Of a DNA stretch of 64,000 bases, positions 41,794 to 51,973 are shown one piece after another. The translations under genes and the position numbers were made by a program. How positions within the stretch are numbered: the first letter of the stretch is position 1; every line of letters begins with the position of its first letter. Location of the stretch: positions 38,246 through 102,245 of the IMG/VR virus record IMGVR_UViG_2883497546_000001; one strand, given 5' to 3'. Source of the stretch: a virus. Lineage: Duplodnaviria > Caudoviricetes. The notes under the pieces are model-generated. The model was given only the letters and a program-made list of their open reading frames with translations. It had not been told where the DNA came from and did no database searches.

Positions 41794-42433
41794 TGCTGCG
41801 ATACGCTGGGTGGGTTTGCGTTCGCGTCCTCCATCGCAAGCGAAACTGCGTGGTGGATGGAGAAATAAACGCGCCTCGCGCTGCTCCCATTCACTTCACT
41901 CCACTCCGTGCTCCGTGCTCCGTGTGTGGGTATCCACCGCATATGCTCACGTCCTTGCCCACATTCGCCTCCACTGCCCATCCCATTTTGCATTTTTCAT
42001 TCATCACTTTTCACTTTGCATCGCACTGCACTGCACTGCATTTCGCATCCTCACCTCCACGCATGTCCCGCCCCGGCGTCCTCACAGAGCTGGCCGGGCA
42101 GGGCTTGGGCTGGGTTACCAAACTGCGCTCTCGCCATCTCCGCGCCGCCCTGATACAATCGCCGGAAAATCAAAATCCGCTCAGTCAGCTTAGCCTAACT
42201 CAGTTCAGTTTAGCTCAGTCCAGGTCCAGGTCCGCTCCATCCCATTTTCTCTCTTCAGGGACAACGTATGTACGTACATACGCACGCATACATGCCCGCG
42301 CACCCATCTGCGTGGAGGCATGGATAGATATCCATCGGTACCCAGAGCCAGCCAGCCGCGGCATCTCTGACATTTTAAATCTGAAATCTGAAGGTTGAAT
42401 TTTGAAACTTGAAGTTTGGCATCCCTCACTGCC

Positions 42434-43123
42434 ATGTCCCGCCGTTCCGCCATCTGGATCATGGTCCTCTTCCTGGGGCTCACCGGCATTCCCATGGTGT
42501 ATTGCATCCTCACGTGGAGCCCCGCGGAGCCGTTGCGCTTTCGCATCACGCGGGACCTCGGCACCGGCACCAGCTCCACCAGCCAGCTCGCGGCCTTCGC
42601 CAGGCCCCTGCGCGAACTGGAGGTCGAGGTGGAGAATACCCGGGGCGTCACCATCCAGTTCCATGGCGCCACCGTGTGGGTGCCGGACAGCTCCGGGAGT
42701 GAAGCACCCTTCTTCGGCCAGCTCGATCTCTCCAGCGAGATCCCCCGCGTATCTGCCCGGGTGAGCACAGGCACAGGCACAGGCTCAGGCAGCGGTGGTA
42801 CCACTGCTGCCAGCCGCATCATGAGCGGTGCCCGCAGCAGCGGCAGCAGCATCGTGCGCACACCGCTGACCGTCTCCATCCCCTCGCACCGCACACGCAG
42901 CTTTCGCATTCACGTGCTGGAGGGCAGCGGCCCCTCCTCCCACGCCGGCGAGCTCCGCGTGCAGTATCTCTGGACCTCCCAGCCGCGGCATCTCACCGGC
43001 AGGTCCCTCACCTGGCTGCGCCTGCATCTCCCCGCCATCTTCCGGTCACACGTGCCCCGCATCATCCCGGATGAAAGCACCACCACCATCCAGCTCACCT
43101 CCGGGCCGGGGACATCCGGTTAA
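42434..43123 (+). CDS. Array paralogue 25 (229 aa) with Gly/Ser/Thr loop insertions
   Basis: MSRRSAIWI..WSPAEPLRF..VENTRG. Confidence 0.88.
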   Translation: MSRRSAIWIMVLFLGLTGIPMVYCILTWSPAEPLRFRITRDLGTGTSSTSQLAAFARPLRELEVEVENTRGVTIQFHGATVWVPDSSGSEAPFFGQLDLSSEIPRVSARVSTGTGTGSGSGGTTAASRIMSGARSSGSSIVRTPLTVSIPSHRTRSFRIHVLEGSGPSSHAGELRVQYLWTSQPRHLTGRSLTWLRLHLPAIFRSHVPRIIPDESTTTIQLTSGPGTSG

Positions 43124-43195
43124 AGGATAAGACAAATTTGCATGCCACCCGTAATCTCCGATTTCAAATTCCAATTCTGAAATCATAGATACGGC

Positions 43196-43792
43196 ATGCC
43201 CCGCCGCACGAAGCTCTTCCTCAGCACTGCGTATCTCCTCGTGCTGTCCTGCATCCTGGTGGGGATGCTCATTCCGGTATGGAAGCCCAAGAATCCCCTG
43301 CGCATCCACCTTGAGCCCCTGCCCGAGCCGGATCCCGCAGGCGCATACGACTCTGCGGTGGTTATCGAAAACACCAGCGGCGCCACCATCTACATCACGT
43401 GCTACTGGTCCTCATTCGAAGGAGACGCACCTCCCGGCCCGTCGGGCTTCGCGCCCAAGGAGATTCCGGAGTACTTGAGCCTCGAGCCGCACGAAACTCA
43501 GCGCACGAGGATTTTTGTGCTGAGTTCCCCTCGCGGTACCACCGCGAGCACAGCCACAGGCACAGGCACAGGCACTGCCACGGACACACCATGGTTCGGT
43601 TATCAGTGGACTACTTCCGCGCAATTACAATTCAATCACGAGGTGGACAGACTCTACCAAAAATGTCCCACCTCCCTGCAGCGCCACTTCCCCCGTTGGC
43701 TTTTCCAAGAGTATAATATTGATATGGCTCCCACACCCACTTTGCGCGGATTCCCCGGAAAGGCACCACCGCCCGAGAATGAACCGAAGTGA
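43196..43792 (+). CDS. Array paralogue 26 (198 aa)
   Basis: MPRRTKLFL..WKPKNPLRI. Confidence 0.88.
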   Translation: MPRRTKLFLSTAYLLVLSCILVGMLIPVWKPKNPLRIHLEPLPEPDPAGAYDSAVVIENTSGATIYITCYWSSFEGDAPPGPSGFAPKEIPEYLSLEPHETQRTRIFVLSSPRGTTASTATGTGTGTATDTPWFGYQWTTSAQLQFNHEVDRLYQKCPTSLQRHFPRWLFQEYNIDMAPTPTLRGFPGKAPPPENEPK

Positions 43793-43959
43793 ACGACGAA
43801 TGGACGATGGGATACCGATGGCTCACCCGTTTCCGGATAGCCCGAAGGCCCTTCCACCACCCGCCCCACGAGTAGCCACCCACCCACGCTGACGGTCCAC
43901 CCAGAAGGAGATTTCAGATTTCAGATTTGAAATCATAAATCATAAATCATAAAGAGCCC

Positions 43960-44556
43960 ATGTCCCGCCGCGCGAAACTTCTCCTCACCGGCATCTTCCT
44001 CCTCCTGCTCGCCATCCCCGCCACCTACGTCGCACTCACCTGGCGTGTGGCAGACCCCCTTCGCTTCCGCTATGTGGGAATTGGAGAGGTGCACATGGTG
44101 GATAACCCCTTTGCTCCCGATGCCGGTGCCCCGAAACAGCGCTGGGTTTGGATATTCATCGAGGTGCAGAACACGACGAAGCTTCCCATCTACTTCATGG
44201 GCGGACAGCTGAGAGCAGAGCGGGACAGGGCATCTCCAAAACCATCCGCTTCGATCATTTGGGAGGCAGAGCCCATTCCGCGCCATGGCACCATCCGGCT
44301 GGGGGCCTTGGTGGAGGACGAAGCGGTCCAGCGCCTGGGACACGAGGCATTCGAAATCTCCTACGAATCACTCAGTGGGACTCAAATGAAAGCCTGTGAG
44401 CTGGTCTTGTGGGTGGAGGGATGGCTGCACAAGCACTTTCACATCGATAGGATTTCCGATTTCAACATGAACCGGACCAAATCCGTGACCGGGCTCATCA
44501 TCGACCCCACTCAGCTCCCGGAACCTTCTTCCTCCAAAACGACCTCATCTCCCTGA
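43960..44556 (+). CDS. Array paralogue 27 (198 aa), VADP subfamily
   Basis: WRVADPLRFRYVG. Confidence 0.9.
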   Translation: MSRRAKLLLTGIFLLLLAIPATYVALTWRVADPLRFRYVGIGEVHMVDNPFAPDAGAPKQRWVWIFIEVQNTTKLPIYFMGGQLRAERDRASPKPSASIIWEAEPIPRHGTIRLGALVEDEAVQRLGHEAFEISYESLSGTQMKACELVLWVEGWLHKHFHIDRISDFNMNRTKSVTGLIIDPTQLPEPSSSKTTSSP

Positions 44557-44771
44557 ATGTCGCTGCTCCATCCAAACCATGGACCAATGATGACGAAGAT
44601 AATGATAACCATAGCGATGCCGATGACTCACTCCAATCTGGATAGCCCGGAGGCCCTTCCACCACCCGCACCACGAGTCGCCACCCACCCACGCTGACGG
44701 TCCACCCAGAAGGAGATTTGAGATTTGAGATTTCAAATCTCAAATCTCAAATCTCAAATCATAAACAGCGC

Positions 44772-45359
44772 ATGCCCCGCCGCGCGAAACTCCTCATCAC
44801 CACTGCGCTGCTCGTGCTGCTTGCCATCCCCGCTGCCTACGTCGCGCTCACCTGGCATGTAGCAGACCCCTTTCGCTTCCGTTATGTGGGCCGTGGGGAG
44901 GTGGAAATGATGGAGAACCCCTTCGATGCCGATGCCGCGAAAGTGCCAGCGGTGTGGATATTCATCGAGATGCAAAACACGACGAACCTTCCCATCTACT
45001 TCGTGGGCGGAGGGGTGTGGACAGAGCGGGACAGGCATTCTCCACGGCCATGCATTTTCCTCTCTGCGCAGGGGGATCCCATTCCGCGCCAGGGCACCAT
45101 CCGGCTGGAGACCCTGGTGGACCCGGAAGTTCTCCAGCGCCTGGAGCACGATGCCTTCGAAGTCTCCTACGACTCGATCAGCGGGACGCAAGCCAGGGCC
45201 CGTGAGCTGGCATTTTGGGTGGAGATTCAGCTGTACAAGCATTTCCACAAGGGCATCGAGATGCTTCCCCTCCACAAGGACAGATCCGTGACCCCGCTCC
45301 TGAAAGCCCCGGCGACCCCCAAGACACCATCCACTCCCAACTCCACGTCATCTCCCTGA
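44772..45359 (+). CDS. Array paralogue 28 (195 aa), VADP subfamily
   Basis: WHVADPFRFRYVG. Confidence 0.9.
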   Translation: MPRRAKLLITTALLVLLAIPAAYVALTWHVADPFRFRYVGRGEVEMMENPFDADAAKVPAVWIFIEMQNTTNLPIYFVGGGVWTERDRHSPRPCIFLSAQGDPIPRQGTIRLETLVDPEVLQRLEHDAFEVSYDSISGTQARARELAFWVEIQLYKHFHKGIEMLPLHKDRSVTPLLKAPATPKTPSTPNSTSSP

Positions 45360-45449
45360 ATATCGCCACCCACCCACGCTGACGGTCCACCCAGAAGGAG
45401 ATTTGAGATTTGAGATCTCAAATTTCAAATCTCAAATCATAAACAGCGC

Positions 45450-46049
45450 ATGCCTCGCCACACCAAGCTTCTCATCGCCCTCACCCTGCTCGTGCTGCTC
45501 GCCATCCCTGCGATCTATGTAGCCTGCACCTGGAGCACGGAGAATCCGTTGCGCTTTGAAGCAGTGCGCCTGGAGAAGGACCCGTCACCCGTCGGAAGTA
45601 CGAAGCACGACCTGCTTCACCTGACCGTGAGGAATGTCAGCAAGCTGCCCGTCCATCTCTCCTTCGCGTCATTGCACCAGAAGAATCCTCACGACGCCGC
45701 TGCGGATGCCGTGCAGATAGGCGCCTTGATGCCGGACTTGCAGGACCGTCCTGAGAAGGGTCCGCGTCCTCTTCTCCTGCCCCCGGGCGGATCCATGCAG
45801 TGCATCGCCTACATCTCAGTCGATGGGGTGGGGGCACCGGAGGCATTGCGGGATATCGACGTGGGCTATTACTGGCGCTCGGATACTGCGGAGCGGGTGT
45901 GTTCCCTCTGGACCGGGTACAGTCACGTGCTCATGGGACCGGCGAAGAGTCGAATCTTACGACACGGAGATGCCCACCACCGCAGCCCACTCATACTCCC
46001 CGCCACCGCTTCCCCTCAGCCATCCTCGGGACAGGGGAGTGGTAAGTGA
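45450..46049 (+). CDS. Array paralogue 29 (199 aa), close to 31
   Basis: WSTENPLRFEAVRLE. Confidence 0.9.
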   Translation: MPRHTKLLIALTLLVLLAIPAIYVACTWSTENPLRFEAVRLEKDPSPVGSTKHDLLHLTVRNVSKLPVHLSFASLHQKNPHDAAADAVQIGALMPDLQDRPEKGPRPLLLPPGGSMQCIAYISVDGVGAPEALRDIDVGYYWRSDTAERVCSLWTGYSHVLMGPAKSRILRHGDAHHRSPLILPATASPQPSSGQGSGK

Positions 46050-46100
46050 CACCATCACCCACTCTGTGCCTTTGTTTTCCTTTTCACTCCGCAGCTCCTT

Positions 46101-46739
46101 ATGTCCCGCCGCGCGAAGCTCATCCTCGCCTCCCTCTTCCTCGTGCTGCTCGGCATTCCCGTCGCCTACATCGCGCTCACCTGGCATGTGGCAGACCCCT
46201 TTCGCTTCCGCTATGTCGGGCATGGAGAAGTGGAGATGCGGCCAGCACACCCTTTCATGACAGGCGGAGCGGGCACGGAGATGCAGACTACAGACCCTTT
46301 CTTTACAGGTGGAAAAGGCAAGGAGATACCCATGGTGCCGATATACATCGAGCTGCAGAATACGACGAGTGTGCCCATCAGCCTCATCGACGGAGACGTG
46401 AGGGGAAAGCTCGACAGGGCAGGTCCGCCATGTGCCCGTATCGAGTGGAGGCGGGGTCCCATTCCCCGCCATGGCACCGTCCGTCTGGTGTCCTACGTGC
46501 CTGTGGCGAATCTCCAGCGCCTGGAAAGCGAATCGCTCGACGTCTCCTACCTCTCGGTCAGCGGGACCCAGAGCACCGCCTATGACCTGGACCGGTGGTT
46601 GAGGGAAAAACTGTTCCTGCCGTTTCACATCGACATCAATCTCATCCCCTCAAGCGTGGACGCATCCGTGACCCCGCTCTTAAAAGCCCCGGCTCACCCT
46701 CCGGAGGCTTCCCCTGCCGCCTCGACTCAGCAACCCTGA
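46101..46739 (+). CDS. Array paralogue 30 (212 aa), VADP subfamily
   Basis: WHVADPFRFRYVG. Confidence 0.9.
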   Translation: MSRRAKLILASLFLVLLGIPVAYIALTWHVADPFRFRYVGHGEVEMRPAHPFMTGGAGTEMQTTDPFFTGGKGKEIPMVPIYIELQNTTSVPISLIDGDVRGKLDRAGPPCARIEWRRGPIPRHGTVRLVSYVPVANLQRLESESLDVSYLSVSGTQSTAYDLDRWLREKLFLPFHIDINLIPSSVDASVTPLLKAPAHPPEASPAASTQQP

Positions 46740-46863
46740 ATGGCGCCGGCTATCCAAACCACGGATAATGACTAAGATAGGGACTGGGATAACGATGACG
46801 AGGACAGTTCACCAAACGATGGATAGCCCGGAGGCCTTTTGTCGCCTTTTTGACACGCTCGTC

Positions 46864-47350
46864 AGCCCCTGAGGCACCATGGGCTCTAAACGTTAGCGTC
46901 CCTCCACAAAAATGGACGGTAGGGATGCGCTCCTGCGCGTCCGTAGATCGCGGGCGGAGGCGGGGGAGGGGATGCCGCGTCGCGAGGCCGCTTCGTGCCG
47001 CAGCTCCACACCACCTCCGCCCACCTGAAGTCGGACGCGCCATGAGCTTGTCCAGCGCATGCCTACCGCATCTTTGGTGAAGGGGCGCTTGCCTTGAAGT
47101 ATGTTTCATCGTCGAAACAAAGACACCCGCGAGCCCCTGAGGCACCATTAACTCTAAACGTTAGCGTCCCTCCACAAAAATGGACGGTAGGGATGCGCTC
47201 CTGCGCGTCCGTAGATCGCGGGCGGAGGTGGGGGCAGGGGATGCCACGTCGCGAGGCCGTTTCGTGCTGCAACTCCAGACCGCCTCCGCCCCCTATTTTC
47301 GGACGCGCAGGAGCGCATCCCTACCGCATCTTCGGTGAAGGGGCGTTTGC
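46864..47350. repeat. Tandem duplication (about 268-bp period) of a REPIN-like unit (GGTAGGGATGCGCTCCTGCGCGTCCG and reverse complement)
   Basis: Two near-identical units starting AGCCCCTGAGGCACCAT at about 46864 and 47132. Confidence 0.85.
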
Positions 47351-47799
47351 CTTTGAAGGACGTAGTCCGCGGAACCGCTTCGACTGTGCTTCGCAGTCTA
47401 CTGCGAAAGGCCGGAGCGATGGGCCTGAGGTGTGCCGGGCCGTTCTGGCGCCGCTTTCAGGGCGCAATGCATGTTGAGATGCCCTGTCCCAGGGAATCGG
47501 TCCCGTTCGGGCCCATCATCCCTGCGCTGGATTCGTGCGACCCTTCGGGCCGCGTACTGACTCAGCACCGACCGGTGCCACTCACCACCGTCGAGAATCC
47601 ATCTTATGTTAGTGCTTATTGGCAGGAGTGCCCCGATCCTCATACAGGGCTGTCGCCCCGGCTCCGCTTCGCCACGGCATCGTCCACCCCAGGAGTCATG
47701 CTGGAATGCTGGGTCATGGTGAGTCCCTGCCACTCCGTCGACGCGATACCGAAAAAACGTTCTCGATCTGAGCTCATCCATCCCCAATCATCGATAGCG

Positions 47800-48396
47800 A
47801 TGCCCCGCCGCACCCCGCTCCTCATCCTTATCACCCTGCTCGTGCTGCTCGCCACCCCTGCGATTTATGTGGCCTGCACCTGGAGCACGGAGAATCCCCT
47901 GCGCTTCGAAGCGGTGCGCCTGGAGATGGAACCCTCACGCGGAGTGAAGGAGGTCGGCATTCTCCACCTGACCGTGAGGAATGTCAGCAAGCTGCCCGTT
48001 TATCTCACCTTCGCGGGATTGAAGCAAAAAAATGCCAGCGGTGCCAGTGCTGCCTTCCAGGTGGTAGGCGGCATCGTCCCGCGGTTGCAGGACCGCCCTG
48101 GGGACCCCTCCAGTGCTCTTTACCTGCCGCCGGGCGGGTCCATGCAGTGCCGCGCCTACATCGTGGTCCAGGACGTGCATTCACCGAAGGCCTTGCAGGA
48201 TATTGATGTGAACTATCACTGGCGCTCCGGCACCGGCGAGAAGGCGCACACCTTCTGGGCACAACACATCTACCAGACCACGGACTGGCTTGAGAAACTG
48301 ATTCCCGCACCAGATCTGCAGCGCCACCGCAGCCCACTCACGCTCCCCGCCACCGCTTCCCCCCAGCCATCCCCAGGGCAGGGGAGTGGCAAGTGA
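47800..48396 (+). CDS. Array paralogue 31 (198 aa)
   Basis: MPRRTPLLI..WSTENPLRFEAVRLE. Confidence 0.9.
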   Translation: MPRRTPLLILITLLVLLATPAIYVACTWSTENPLRFEAVRLEMEPSRGVKEVGILHLTVRNVSKLPVYLTFAGLKQKNASGASAAFQVVGGIVPRLQDRPGDPSSALYLPPGGSMQCRAYIVVQDVHSPKALQDIDVNYHWRSGTGEKAHTFWAQHIYQTTDWLEKLIPAPDLQRHRSPLTLPATASPQPSPGQGSGK

Positions 48397-48497
48397 CGCC
48401 ATCACCCAGTCCCATCCTATCTACAGCCTCGACTCATCCCCCATTTCTCTTTTCACTTATCCCTTTTCACTCCGTCTCCGCATCTCCGCATCTCCCC

Positions 48498-49136
48498 ATG
48501 TCCCGCCGCGCCAAGCTCCTCATCACCGCGCTCTTTATCGTGCTGCTCACGGTACCGGTGGTGTACGGTTGTCTCTTCTGGTCCATCGAGCAGCCCTTGC
48601 GCTTCCGTTGCATCACCGTGCTTCCGGAGGATACAGGCAAGCTGCTTATCTCGCTGCCTCATGAGCCGGTCGTCCCCTTCATCTTCGAGGTACAAAACAC
48701 CAGGCCCTACCCCGTGTACTTCCAGGACATGAGTATCTTGGCATACTATCCGGAGTCGCCACTGCCGGATGGATACCTTTCCATGGACTATGTCACACGC
48801 AGCGTGCGGGATAAATCTTTGTGGGCCGCTCCGAGCCTGTACGGGCAATACATTCCCGCCCACGGCGTGACCCGCTTCGAAGTGCTCATGCGTCCGAAAA
48901 CCGTCAGCGAATTTGAAACGGGCAAAATCAAACTCGTCTCGTTTTGGGCAAGTGTTCCCAGAAGGCTGGCATACGACGCGCGAAACTGGGTGCACCCACG
49001 CCTGCGCAAAACGCTCAGGTTTGCGAGGCTCCCCTATGTGTCATCATCCCAGCAAGGCCCCGCCACCCTCGAAGGCCTGCCGGTCGTTATTCCTCGTCCC
49101 GTCATGAGCTCCCCGCCATCCCCACCACCTCCCTGA
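48498..49136 (+). CDS. Array paralogue 32 (212 aa)
   Basis: FWSIEQPLRFRC. Confidence 0.9.
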   Translation: MSRRAKLLITALFIVLLTVPVVYGCLFWSIEQPLRFRCITVLPEDTGKLLISLPHEPVVPFIFEVQNTRPYPVYFQDMSILAYYPESPLPDGYLSMDYVTRSVRDKSLWAAPSLYGQYIPAHGVTRFEVLMRPKTVSEFETGKIKLVSFWASVPRRLAYDARNWVHPRLRKTLRFARLPYVSSSQQGPATLEGLPVVIPRPVMSSPPSPPPP

Positions 49137-49203
49137 CATTCCTCCAAAAACGATTTCAGATTTGAAATCTCAAATCATAAATCATAAATCATAAATAGCC
49201 CCC

Positions 49204-49824
49204 ATGTCCCGCCGCACGAAGCTTCTCATCACCGCGCTCTTCCTCGTGCTGCTCGGCATTCCCGTGGGGTATGCCATCCTCTTCTGGTCCGTGGATCAGC
49301 CCCTGCGCTTCCGTTGCGTCACCGCGCTTCCGCAGGAGATGGCACAGGGACATCCCATGATGCCTCCTGAGACCGTCATTCCTCTCATCTTCGAAGTGGA
49401 AAACACCAAGCCGTATCCCGTCTACCTCTCGAACGTGATCATCCGGGAGTACACGCCGGGTTCGTCATCGCCTGATGGATATTTTCCCTTGAATTATCAC
49501 TCGCGCAAAGCGCCGGCCAGATCTTCGTCAGCCGTACCAAGCTTGTCCGCGCAATCCATTCCGGCCCATGGCGTGACCCGCTTCGAAGTGCTCATGAATC
49601 CGGCAGCCGCCCGCACACTCGGGCCGGACAAGGTAAGACTCATCCCTCATTGTGCCAGTCCTCCCAGGAAATGGGCGATCGATGCGCAAAACTGGTTGCG
49701 CGCCCGCCTTCCTGAAAAACTCGGCTTCGCGAAGCTCCCCCCAATCCCGTTCCAGAATAGCCCCGCCGCCCTCGAAGGCCCACCGGTCATTATTCCCCGC
49801 CCCGTTATGAGTTCCGCGCCCTGA
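49204..49824 (+). CDS. Array paralogue 33 (206 aa), close to 32
   Basis: FWSVDQPLRFRC. Confidence 0.9.
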   Translation: MSRRTKLLITALFLVLLGIPVGYAILFWSVDQPLRFRCVTALPQEMAQGHPMMPPETVIPLIFEVENTKPYPVYLSNVIIREYTPGSSSPDGYFPLNYHSRKAPARSSSAVPSLSAQSIPAHGVTRFEVLMNPAAARTLGPDKVRLIPHCASPPRKWAIDAQNWLRARLPEKLGFAKLPPIPFQNSPAALEGPPVIIPRPVMSSAP

Positions 49825-49889
49825 CGTTCCTCCAAATGAGTTTTCAGATTTGAAATCTCAAATCTCAAATCTCAAATCATCAATAGCCC

Positions 49890-50438
49890 ATGTCCCCCCG
49901 CACGAAGATAACCATCCTCTCCGTCTTCCTCCTCCTGCTCGGCCTTCCCGCGATCTATGTCGCGCTCACCTGGCAAGTGGCAGCCCCCTTTACCTTCCGG
50001 TACCTGGAGCGTGGCGAACCGCAGAAGTCGCTATTCACCCCCTCTGGCAGCTCTCCCTCGACTCCTTTGGTGCCCATATTCCTCGAGGCGCAGAACACCA
50101 GCAGTCGCCCCGTCCACCTCGGCGGGGTAGAGCTGCGGGCGCGCAGCGGGGGTCCCCGACAGCTCGTCTACACCATGTGGGGAGGACCTCCCATCCCGCC
50201 CCAGGGCACCGCCCGCGTGCAGGTCCTCGTGGATCCGGCAACGGCCCAGCGCGTGACACGCGAGGACTTCGAGGTCTCCTACAGGGCATTCAGCAAGACC
50301 AAAGAGAAGACAAAAGACATCTTCTATAAGCTGAAAAGCATGGCCCCGTCACTCCTGCACCGGGACGCGGATCCATTCACCAGCGCGAAGGATGAATTCG
50401 TGACCCCGCTCATCATCGACCCGGCCCACCAGGAATAG
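49890..50438 (+). CDS. Array paralogue 34 (182 aa), VADP-related
   Basis: WQVAAPFTFRY. Confidence 0.9.
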   Translation: MSPRTKITILSVFLLLLGLPAIYVALTWQVAAPFTFRYLERGEPQKSLFTPSGSSPSTPLVPIFLEAQNTSSRPVHLGGVELRARSGGPRQLVYTMWGGPPIPPQGTARVQVLVDPATAQRVTREDFEVSYRAFSKTKEKTKDIFYKLKSMAPSLLHRDADPFTSAKDEFVTPLIIDPAHQE

Positions 50439-50494
50439 ATTCCAGATTTGAGATCTCAAATTTCAGATCTCAAATCTCAAATCATCAAGAGCCC

Positions 50495-51085
50495 ATGCCC
50501 CGCCGCTCCAGAGGCATTCTCGCAGCCAGCATCATCACCGTCATCCTGCTTGGCCTGGCGCTCGCGTTTTATGTCGTCCTCGGGCTGCCGGTGAATCCCC
50601 TGCGGTTCCGCCCCATCGCCTACCTGGAGCACGACATGCTTCCCGTGGGCTTGCCCAAGAGTGGCGCGGAGTACGTTCACATGGCCGTGGAGAACACGTC
50701 CAACTCCACCGTGTATCTCGCGACGGCGGCTGTGCTCAGCGCGGGCCCATCGAAGAAATACACCCTCGCCTATCTCTCGCATGAGGAGCAGGGGCTGCTT
50801 GGTGCATCCTCCCCCCTCCGTGGCTATGTCATCGTCATTCCACCACGCAGCACCGTCCCTTGTATTGCCTCTGCCCCATCCGGGCGCCTAGTGGAACTCA
50901 GCCTCGGAATCGCGCCCGTGCAGTATGAGTGGACCACCGACGAAAGGTACCAGCTCCTGGAGGCCTGCGAGCGCATGTACCCCTACCTTCCCACGAGGCT
51001 CCGGTCTCACCTCCCTGCGCCCGGCATGCGCCACGATACCATCCCCCTCGAGCTCCCGCCAAACACCCCCGGCCCCAGTGAATAA
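50495..51085 (+). CDS. Array paralogue 35 (196 aa)
   Basis: MPRRSRGIL..LPVNPLRF..VENTS. Confidence 0.88.
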   Translation: MPRRSRGILAASIITVILLGLALAFYVVLGLPVNPLRFRPIAYLEHDMLPVGLPKSGAEYVHMAVENTSNSTVYLATAAVLSAGPSKKYTLAYLSHEEQGLLGASSPLRGYVIVIPPRSTVPCIASAPSGRLVELSLGIAPVQYEWTTDERYQLLEACERMYPYLPTRLRSHLPAPGMRHDTIPLELPPNTPGPSE

Positions 51086-51353
51086 TCAGAGCTCCTGCTC
51101 TTCATCGCATCCCCACCCACACCCATCTTCCGACTTGAAGTCTCAAACCACGGATGATGATTGCGACGACGAAGACGACAGCAACAACAACAACAATGCC
51201 TCGCCCGAATCTGGATAGCCCGAAGGCCCTTCGTCCACCCGCACCACGAGTCGCCACCCACCCACACTGACGCTCCACCCGGAAAGAGATTTCAGACGTG
51301 AGCTCCCAAATCTAAAATCATAAATCATAAATCAAAAATCATAAATAGCCCCC

Positions 51354-51950
51354 ATGTCCCGCCGCACGAAGCTCCTCATCACCACGCTCTTCCTCGTGCT
51401 GCTGGCCATGCCCATGGCATACGTCGTCCTCGCCTGGCATCCGCAGAATCCACTGCGTTTCCGCCAATTGGATGAGAAGGCCACCTATTACGCGTTCCCG
51501 TCGCCGGGTGGCTTGGTGGAAAAGGAATACCACAGCAGAATGATGATGGAAGTGCGGAACACCAGTGCTGCCACCGTACTGTTCATCTCAGGACATTTCA
51601 TCGGAGACTCGTCAGAAGGAAAGGAGGCATTCCGTGCCCAATGGTTTGCGCCTCCGGGACACATTGAAGCGCACCCCATCCCCCCAGGCGGCGCCATCCA
51701 GGTGGAGTTTCATTCCGCAACCGTGCTGGCCACGGCGGACCTCAATCTCCTGCAAGCGGGGAAACTCCGCCTCCGGGACGGGGTTATGCGGTACCAGTGG
51801 GGCTCCCACGTCCAGGCATCGACCTCGGGTGCATGTATCTGGCTTCGTGAAAGGTTGCCTGAATCCCTCGCAGACCACCTGCCCCACATGCTTCCGTTCG
51901 AAGACACCATCGACATGGATCTCCCGCCACCCACAAATCAAAAATCATAA
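51354..51950 (+). CDS. Array paralogue 36 (198 aa)
   Basis: WHPQNPLRFRQL..WGSHVQASTS. Confidence 0.9.
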   Translation: MSRRTKLLITTLFLVLLAMPMAYVVLAWHPQNPLRFRQLDEKATYYAFPSPGGLVEKEYHSRMMMEVRNTSAATVLFISGHFIGDSSEGKEAFRAQWFAPPGHIEAHPIPPGGAIQVEFHSATVLATADLNLLQAGKLRLRDGVMRYQWGSHVQASTSGACIWLRERLPESLADHLPHMLPFEDTIDMDLPPPTNQKS

Positions 51951-51973
51951 ATCAAAAATCATAAATAGCCCCC

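Noticed and set aside
41351-42398. 280-aa and 203-aa ORFs
   Set aside because: They run through REP and heptamer repeats and lack coding-like composition
47335-47799. Long N-terminal extensions of array ORFs (also from 18710, 19374, 30202, 31771, 35215)
   Set aside because: The family-consensus ATG lies downstream; the extensions are read-through of repeats or neighbouring genes
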